A stretch of 64,000 nt of DNA from a virus: positions 1-64,000 of the IMG/VR virus record IMGVR_UViG_3300006735_000026; one strand, 5' to 3'. A program made the translations under genes and the position numbers. Position 1 is the stretch's first letter; each line of letters opens with the position of its first letter. Below are positions 58,769 to 64,000 of this stretch, piece after piece. The notes under the pieces are model-generated. The model did no database searches. It saw only the letters and a program-made list of their open reading frames with translations, and was not told where the DNA came from.

Positions 58769-59209
58769 TTAGCGCATGTACAGATAACCACCCGCCCAGT
58801 CACATCGCTTGAGACATTCTTCACGGGAGTTGTCATCAACTAGATTGTATCTTACATGCTTAGCAGGTGCTTTCCATGATGCAGGTTTATATACATCACC
58901 AGTGGTTTTATCTACAAAAGCATGCACTGAACGTGATGTCCCCATTCTATGCACAATTTTGATATACTTACGACCGACTTCAGTAAAGAACTCGTGATCA
59001 ACTCCTTTTGAATCAATCTCTAGAATTCTCTTCTTATGGTATTCAGGCGACTCACCTAAATCGATTGCCTGATTGTGATAACGAAGTTCATTGAACTTCA
59101 CGTCATCATAGAGAGCACCACAAAGGGTGATTGCATGGTTTTGGATGTCTGCGATCATTTGATCTTTTTGGGGTTTGGTTTTACAGTAGTCGGAGAATGA
59201 TTGTTTCAT
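58769..59209 (-). CDS. conserved phage hypothetical protein (start MKQSFSDY)
   Basis: GRKYIKI...SVHAFVDKTTGDVYKPASWKAPAKHVRYNL motif. Confidence 0.8.
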   Translation of the reverse strand: MKQSFSDYCKTKPQKDQMIADIQNHAITLCGALYDDVKFNELRYHNQAIDLGESPEYHKKRILEIDSKGVDHEFFTEVGRKYIKIVHRMGTSRSVHAFVDKTTGDVYKPASWKAPAKHVRYNLVDDNSREECLKRCDWAGGYLYMR

Positions 59210-59210
59210 A

Positions 59211-59477
59211 TCAGCATGCCATGGGCATATACTCGGAGCGATCCATTTTTTCGGTGTTGAAGTCAGTAACCTCAGCACCGTTGGCAATACGCTCAGCAAC
59301 CTCATTTTTGAAGGTTGTGAATGTGATAGTGCTGTAGGATTTCTGACCATTAGCACGGAAAGTAACACGCTTGTTAAAACGTTTGATCACAACTTTCATG
59401 CCTTTGACTTCATCTGCCTCAGCAATAAATGCCTCAGGGAAGAAATCAACGATGGTGGCGGAGTTGGTGAGTTGCAT
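59211..59477 (-). CDS. hypothetical early protein, 88 aa (MQLTNSATIVDFFP...)
   Basis: Start after promoter cassette 6 and AAGGA SD. Confidence 0.75.
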   Translation of the reverse strand: MQLTNSATIVDFFPEAFIAEADEVKGMKVVIKRFNKRVTFRANGQKSYSTITFTTFKNEVAERIANGAEVTDFNTEKMDRSEYMPMAC

Positions 59478-59502
59478 TTGGATCGATTTCCTTGACTCTT
59501 TT

Positions 59503-59561
59503 AATATACACGAAAAAGCACCGCTGTGGGGCGGTGCTGTGCCACTAGTCTGACCGTCACA
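59503..59561 (-). promoter_or_regulatory. early promoter cassette 6 (TATATT -10 plus palindrome)
   Basis: TGTGCCACTAGTCTGACCGTCACA at 59538-59561. Confidence 0.75.
59513..59538 (-). terminator. rho-independent terminator of the helicase-RM-ParB operon
   Basis: AGCACCGC-CCCACA-GCGGTGCT followed by a T run, right after the stop at 59557. Confidence 0.8.
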
Positions 59562-60822
59562 CATATATGAGATTGTTACGAGTCATTTCATTAGGGTAAA
59601 GTGGCAATCTAGCGTGACGAATGTTAACACCTTTGTCAGTGTCTAACATGTTACCTAGACCTGCAATATCTCTGATCATTTCATAGAACTCACTTTTGAT
59701 AACATTATCTTTTGCTTTGATACTTTCCTCAGTGAAGGAGTTAGCAACCTCAGGAGAAATAACATGAATCACCATGAAACCTTTGTCAGGATATTGTTGC
59801 ACCATCTTGGCAAGTTTCAAGACAGTGTGAAGCATAACAGATCCTTTGTCGATATACACGAAACAGATCTGATCTGTCTCGGGGTTTCTGTAAATGCCCT
59901 CAGACGTTTTGGCACCGTCCATGATCACCCACCCAGGACGATTGCGGGTAACCCACTCACTAACCTCAGAAGCGTAGTAACGTTTAATGTCGGAGTGATA
60001 TTCATGCTCTTCACTAGCATTGAAGATGCGAAGAACAGCATTGATTTGTGTGCCATCCACGTCGTAATCTTGCCTGAGTTTATCCTCTAGAATCTGATCA
60101 ATGCTCTTCCCAGTGTATCCCTCTTCTTTAGTTGCTTCTACTAAGTTATGCAAATCAGACTCAGGATCGATAACAGTTTTAACCAGTGCATTAGAAATAT
60201 CTGCATTAGTTCTGGGTTGCACTACATTAGTATCACGATTGCAGAAAGCATTACCAAACTCCCAGATCTCTCCTAGATTCATGTCAAGAACCCATGCAAA
60301 GATAACATCCTCACCGAGACCTGTAATTGCTTTGAAACGATGATTACCATCGAGCAGACCGTAGATAACCTTGACACCAGTCAATTCATCAATATATTGA
60401 TACTCTTCGGGCAGCACGATCAGCATCATTTGATCTTTTGTTGCTTCCCATTCTTTAGCAGCGATTACCTTTTGAAACTTTGCAATAGTATCAGCATTAG
60501 TAGTCACATCCTTACGGATCTGCAATCCATTTGGATAAGTAACCTCGCCAGTCTTTCTATTAGAAAGAGGTACGCAAGGAGGGTGAATCTGACGGATGTC
60601 GATTGCTTGAAGTTGCTTTTTAAGCATCCTTCCATATGCACGACGTTGCCTGCGGTTAAGTGCAGCATTCAGACGATAATAACCACCCTGAGGTAGTTCC
60701 GCCATGCTACGATGGTGAGCAAGATTCTCACTATTGAAGAAAAGATTCTCGTTGAGATTTTCCTCTGTGATAATATCAGTGTTTTCAGTCAAAAACTTTT
60801 CGTCCAATGCTGTGTATGTCAT
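59557..60822 (-). CDS. ParB/Srx-like N-terminal domain protein, 421 aa
   Basis: YGLLDGNHRFKAI motif; remainder not recognised. Confidence 0.65.
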   Translation of the reverse strand: MTYTALDEKFLTENTDIITEENLNENLFFNSENLAHHRSMAELPQGGYYRLNAALNRRQRRAYGRMLKKQLQAIDIRQIHPPCVPLSNRKTGEVTYPNGLQIRKDVTTNADTIAKFQKVIAAKEWEATKDQMMLIVLPEEYQYIDELTGVKVIYGLLDGNHRFKAITGLGEDVIFAWVLDMNLGEIWEFGNAFCNRDTNVVQPRTNADISNALVKTVIDPESDLHNLVEATKEEGYTGKSIDQILEDKLRQDYDVDGTQINAVLRIFNASEEHEYHSDIKRYYASEVSEWVTRNRPGWVIMDGAKTSEGIYRNPETDQICFVYIDKGSVMLHTVLKLAKMVQQYPDKGFMVIHVISPEVANSFTEESIKAKDNVIKSEFYEMIRDIAGLGNMLDTDKGVNIRHARLPLYPNEMTRNNLIYV

Positions 60823-61583
60823 AGATTTGTAATATCGATAGGGATTGATTGTATTCTGTCTTGAGAGATTCTAACATATTCCGCGTCAGTGTCAATGCCA
60901 ATAAACTTTCTGTTAAGTTTTACCGCAGCGACACCAGTAGAACCAGAACCCATGCAATTATCTAGTACAGTTTCACCCTCATTTGAGTAAGTTTTGATCA
61001 ACCACTCCATCAAAGGCACGGGTTTTTGCGTAGGATGCACTTGCTGTTGTGCGCTAAAATCTCTAGAGATGTTAACAATCGACTTAGGATAGCGTGTTCC
61101 TTTGTTCTCAAAGGATTTACGCGGTTTCATACCATAACCATGGTCATTCTTGCGACCCACATAACCCTCAGGATTCTTACTAGTTCGTGCGTATGGTTCT
61201 CCTTTTTCCATCTGTGGATTATATGTTCCGCCTGCTTCTTTGTAGAAGATCAGTATATTTTCATGCGTCTTCATTGGTCGCTTCTTTGCTAGTCCAGGAC
61301 TGCCACATTTGTTCTTATTCCACACCAACTCATAGCGAAACCAATCTAACTTAGAGCAGATCAATTGTGCAGAGAATGGTTGTGATCCAAACAGGATAAT
61401 CACTCCCTTAGGTTTCAGTATTCTATCGTATTGTGCCCACATTCTATCAAAATCTAATATTTCATCCCACTTGATGCTAGTGGTGCCATAGGGTGGGTCA
61501 CAACAGATAAGATCGATGGAATTATCCTCAATGTTATCCATCAAGGAAAGGCAGTCGCCTGTGTGTAACTCAAAGGAACTCAT
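60819..61583 (-). CDS. beta-class N6-adenine/N4-cytosine DNA methyltransferase
   Basis: GDCL, DLICCDPPY (motif IV), HPTQKPV.L, VLDNCMGSGSTG (motif I). Confidence 0.95.
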   Translation of the reverse strand: MSSFELHTGDCLSLMDNIEDNSIDLICCDPPYGTTSIKWDEILDFDRMWAQYDRILKPKGVIILFGSQPFSAQLICSKLDWFRYELVWNKNKCGSPGLAKKRPMKTHENILIFYKEAGGTYNPQMEKGEPYARTSKNPEGYVGRKNDHGYGMKPRKSFENKGTRYPKSIVNISRDFSAQQQVHPTQKPVPLMEWLIKTYSNEGETVLDNCMGSGSTGVAAVKLNRKFIGIDTDAEYVRISQDRIQSIPIDITNL

Positions 61584-62175
61584 AACCCTCATGCTGTGTT
61601 AGTTTTTTCTTTACTGATTCTTTATAACATCCTACCAGAAATTCGTATGCTTGTCTATGATCACGTTTGACACTGACAGTGTTATCACTCCACTTAATTT
61701 GGAAGGGTAAGTTATTACCATTTGGAGTAAGTTTGTTCAGAGTCTTGAGAGATGTTAGATGAACTTCATTATTGTTTTTGTTAATTGACAGGATATAATA
61801 GTCGCGTCCATTATCATCGTACCGAGCACTTTCTAATGCTTTTTGAAACTGTTGCCACCTTCTACCTTTCTTGACTACATCATCCTCACTCAACTTAGTC
61901 AGTGCCCAGAGAATAGCAGATTTAGAGGAGAAGTTATCAGCAGCACCATAACTAGAGGATTTAATGTTAAATGGATACCCGAAGATCTTCACATCCCACC
62001 ACCATCGTGCGGGAGGTTCTTCGATATTTTCCTCACCATATTTATCGATGAGGAGTTTAATCAACGTAGTTTCATCAGCGATACTGTTAACACGTCCATC
62101 CTCATGATCTTCAGCGATGTCAATTTTGATTTGATTGAGGTACTTTAGAACCTCTAGTAATTTTTCGGGAAACAT
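61570..62175 (-). CDS. putative type II restriction endonuclease (PD-(D/E)xK-like)
   Basis: DGRVNS..DE...WWDVKI...PFNIKSS...DN pattern; 201 aa; overlaps the methyltransferase start. Confidence 0.6.
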   Translation of the reverse strand: MFPEKLLEVLKYLNQIKIDIAEDHEDGRVNSIADETTLIKLLIDKYGEENIEEPPARWWWDVKIFGYPFNIKSSSYGAADNFSSKSAILWALTKLSEDDVVKKGRRWQQFQKALESARYDDNGRDYYILSINKNNNEVHLTSLKTLNKLTPNGNNLPFQIKWSDNTVSVKRDHRQAYEFLVGCYKESVKKKLTQHEGYEFL

Positions 62176-62201
62176 GATTGAATTAAAGAGAGACTTACGG
62201 A

Positions 62202-63440
62202 TCAGCAGTATGCAAGAGGAGGAATACCCTCCATGAAGATCTGATTGACCACATTTTGCAGACGCTGAGCAATAGCGTTGCCCATTTTGTAACCTGTTGG
62301 CATAGTTACAATGCCCTCACATTTCTTGTAAAGGTGAAACGCACCAGCAGGGATGCGACCTTCAGCAACAGCAGCGCGGTCATCTTTATGCACACGGATA
62401 ACACGACCGATTGTCTGTGCCATCTCAACGATGGGCAGATTACGGAGGAGGATAGTGTGAGTCAGACCAGGAACATTGATGCCCTCAGAGAGAATCGAAT
62501 AGTGGAAGATCACGAACTTTTTAGTGTCATCAGCACCCCAAGTCTGGAGGGTCTGGAAGAACTCTTCACGACCAACTTTTTTGTCATTGATGATAGCACC
62601 AAACTTGCTGGTGATATGCATCACGTCGTAACCCTTGCGATAGAAGTAATCAAGGATGTCAGTCTGTCCGAGCATGTTACCCAGAACTTTGCTGGATGGT
62701 GCTGCAACCAGAACTTTTGGTTTCTGGAATACATCAAGTTGCTCAAACATATCCTTGAGGTTGTCAGCATCTACCTCGTGTGCGTTGTACTTGTTACGGG
62801 TGCGATTGGTCTCGAAAGGAACAACACGAGGGGGAACGATTGCACCTGCTTCGATAAGTTCCTGAGCAGGAACATTGCAGAGCACACCACCCCAAACATC
62901 AGTATTGTTCATGCCACGAGCAACACTCACACCACGACCAGTTTTAGGAGTTGCGGTGAAATAGTAGCGGCGCTTAGCATACTGAGCAGTAGCAAAGACG
63001 CTAGTGAAAAAGTGCTTACCGCACCCATTGTGTGCTTCATCGAAATAGATAGTGTCAATATTGATGCCACTCTCTACAACACGGTGCAGAGAATGGTAGG
63101 TAGTAAAGATGATGCAGGACTCACTAGCAGCACGAGCAGTGTTAGCGAACAGAGCAATTTTGTCTGCTTTAGTTGTGCTGAAGTGATGAGTTTCACCACT
63201 GTGAGCGTGGCAAACATGTGTCCAAGTAGCAGACACAAACTCCATGAACTCTTCACACAATTGATTAGCGAGAAGAATACGAGGAGCAACAACAACTGTG
63301 GTGCTACCTTGTGCAGCACGAGCGAGCGTGTCTGCGATCATGATATAAGTCTTGCCACCACCAGTAGGCACAATAATTTGACCTGCATTGTTGCTTTGCA
63401 TAGCATCAAATGCACGTTGCTGATGGGGGCGAAGGTTCAT
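62202..63440 (-). CDS. SF2 DEAH helicase (ResIII-like)
   Basis: LRPHQ, PTGGGKT, APRILL..QL, DEAH, TATP, LSEGINVP, QTIGRVIR. Confidence 0.92.
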   Translation of the reverse strand: MNLRPHQQRAFDAMQSNNAGQIIVPTGGGKTYIMIADTLARAAQGSTTVVVAPRILLANQLCEEFMEFVSATWTHVCHAHSGETHHFSTTKADKIALFANTARAASESCIIFTTYHSLHRVVESGINIDTIYFDEAHNGCGKHFFTSVFATAQYAKRRYYFTATPKTGRGVSVARGMNNTDVWGGVLCNVPAQELIEAGAIVPPRVVPFETNRTRNKYNAHEVDADNLKDMFEQLDVFQKPKVLVAAPSSKVLGNMLGQTDILDYFYRKGYDVMHITSKFGAIINDKKVGREEFFQTLQTWGADDTKKFVIFHYSILSEGINVPGLTHTILLRNLPIVEMAQTIGRVIRVHKDDRAAVAEGRIPAGAFHLYKKCEGIVTMPTGYKMGNAIAQRLQNVVNQIFMEGIPPLAYC

Positions 63441-63462
63441 GCGATCTCTTGACTATGAATAT

Positions 63463-63521
63463 AGTATGACATGAAAAAGGACCCCTGTCAAGGAGTCCGT
63501 GCCAGTTATGCAGGTGTCACA
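63463..63521 (-). promoter_or_regulatory. early promoter cassette 7 (TTGACA-17-CATACT with TG extension, plus palindrome)
   Basis: CGTGCCAGTTATGCAGGTGTCACA at 63498-63521. Confidence 0.8.
63474..63498 (-). terminator. rho-independent terminator overlapping the -35 of cassette 7
   Basis: GGACTCC-TTGACA-GGGGTCC-TTTTT. Confidence 0.7.
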
Positions 63522-63661
63522 TCCCACTCATCGGTGGGAACCATTGTTTTAATCACATGCTCAACATTTTCGATACCGTAAACAATAACCTCCTGATTAG
63601 AAGTGAATCCATTTACTTTTTTTTGACGACGCCATGATACACGCCAGCGATCATTCGGCAT
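63506..63661 (-). CDS. hypothetical protein, 51 aa (MPNDRWRVSWRRQK...)
   Basis: Hand-translated. Confidence 0.6.
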   Translation of the reverse strand: MPNDRWRVSWRRQKKVNGFTSNQEVIVYGIENVEHVIKTMVPTDEWDVTPA

Positions 63662-63782
63662 AAGTCAGTTCATTAATCACTTCATTTTCACTGCCAAGGA
63701 TAGCAGCAACCCAGTCATCTTCAGGTGCTTGAACGATGTCATTATCGTCCCAAGAGATGTCAAAGTTCTCATCAAAGTTCAT
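63651..63782 (-). CDS. acidic hypothetical protein, 43 aa
   Basis: Hand-translated; AAGGAGG SD. Confidence 0.6.
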   Translation of the reverse strand: MNFDENFDISWDDNDIVQAPEDDWVAAILGSENEVINELTYAE

Positions 63783-63942
63783 AACCAAATCCTCCTTTTT
63801 GAGCAATGATAGTAGAGCGGTGCCAATCTTTCAATTGACGAAGTTTTTTCTTTAGGCGATGCATTTCTTCCTCAGTATAGAGGAAAGGATCTTCATTGCC
63901 TTTTTTGATTGCATATTTCAGCAACTTGATGTCTTTCTTCAT
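63772..63942 (-). CDS. hypothetical protein, 56 aa (ends KGGFGYEL)
   Basis: Hand-translated; overlaps the downstream gene. Confidence 0.6.
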   Translation of the reverse strand: MKKDIKLLKYAIKKGNEDPFLYTEEEMHRLKKKLRQLKDWHRSTIIAQKGGFGYEL

Positions 63943-64000
63943 CGATATAAATCGGTTAGATGTAGTTTTTCTACGATTGCCTCAATCTCTGACATCTTTT

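Noticed and set aside
62256-63452. 398-aa plus-strand ORF
   Set aside because: Codon-aligned antisense mirror of the helicase, with no motifs and no promoter or SD seen; best explained by codon bias.
55928-63521. Repeated 24-bp palindrome as a CRISPR or integron array
   Set aside because: The copies are degenerate, irregularly spaced by whole genes and tied to -10 boxes; no cas or integrase gene is in the window.
1-64000. tRNAs, introns, inteins, homing endonucleases
   Set aside because: No cloverleaf, intein ends or HNH/GIY-YIG/LAGLIDADG motifs recognised by eye; tRNAscan-SE and Rfam would be needed to exclude them formally.

Overview
This window is 64 kb of a T4-like marine cyanomyophage genome (Kyanoviridae-type). 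The host is most likely Synechococcus, given the gnd, PTOX and petE genes. All credible genes are on the minus strand. In transcription order (right to left) the window holds: (1) an early region (~54.1-64 kb) of small ORFs in cassettes, each headed by a sigma70-like promoter with a conserved 24-bp palindrome, plus a helicase/endonuclease/methyltransferase/ParB-like operon; (2) a non-coding stretch with clustered cyanobacterial-type DnaA boxes; (3) the baseplate/tail/neck module (PAAR, gp25, gp6, a 6181-aa gp7, gp9-like, gp8, large fibre and structural proteins, gp13, gp14, gp15) and terminase small subunit gp16, with T4 late promoters; (4) an auxiliary metabolic island (petE, PTOX, gnd). The most striking observation is tandem phycobiliprotein-like domains inside the giant gp7 that keep both canonical bilin-attachment cysteines. 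Also notable are blue-copper (cupredoxin) ligand sets in two virion proteins and a basic polyprotein with a T4-style capsid-targeting sequence and repeated protease-like linkers. All assignments are by eye from motifs and synteny; no database searches were run.
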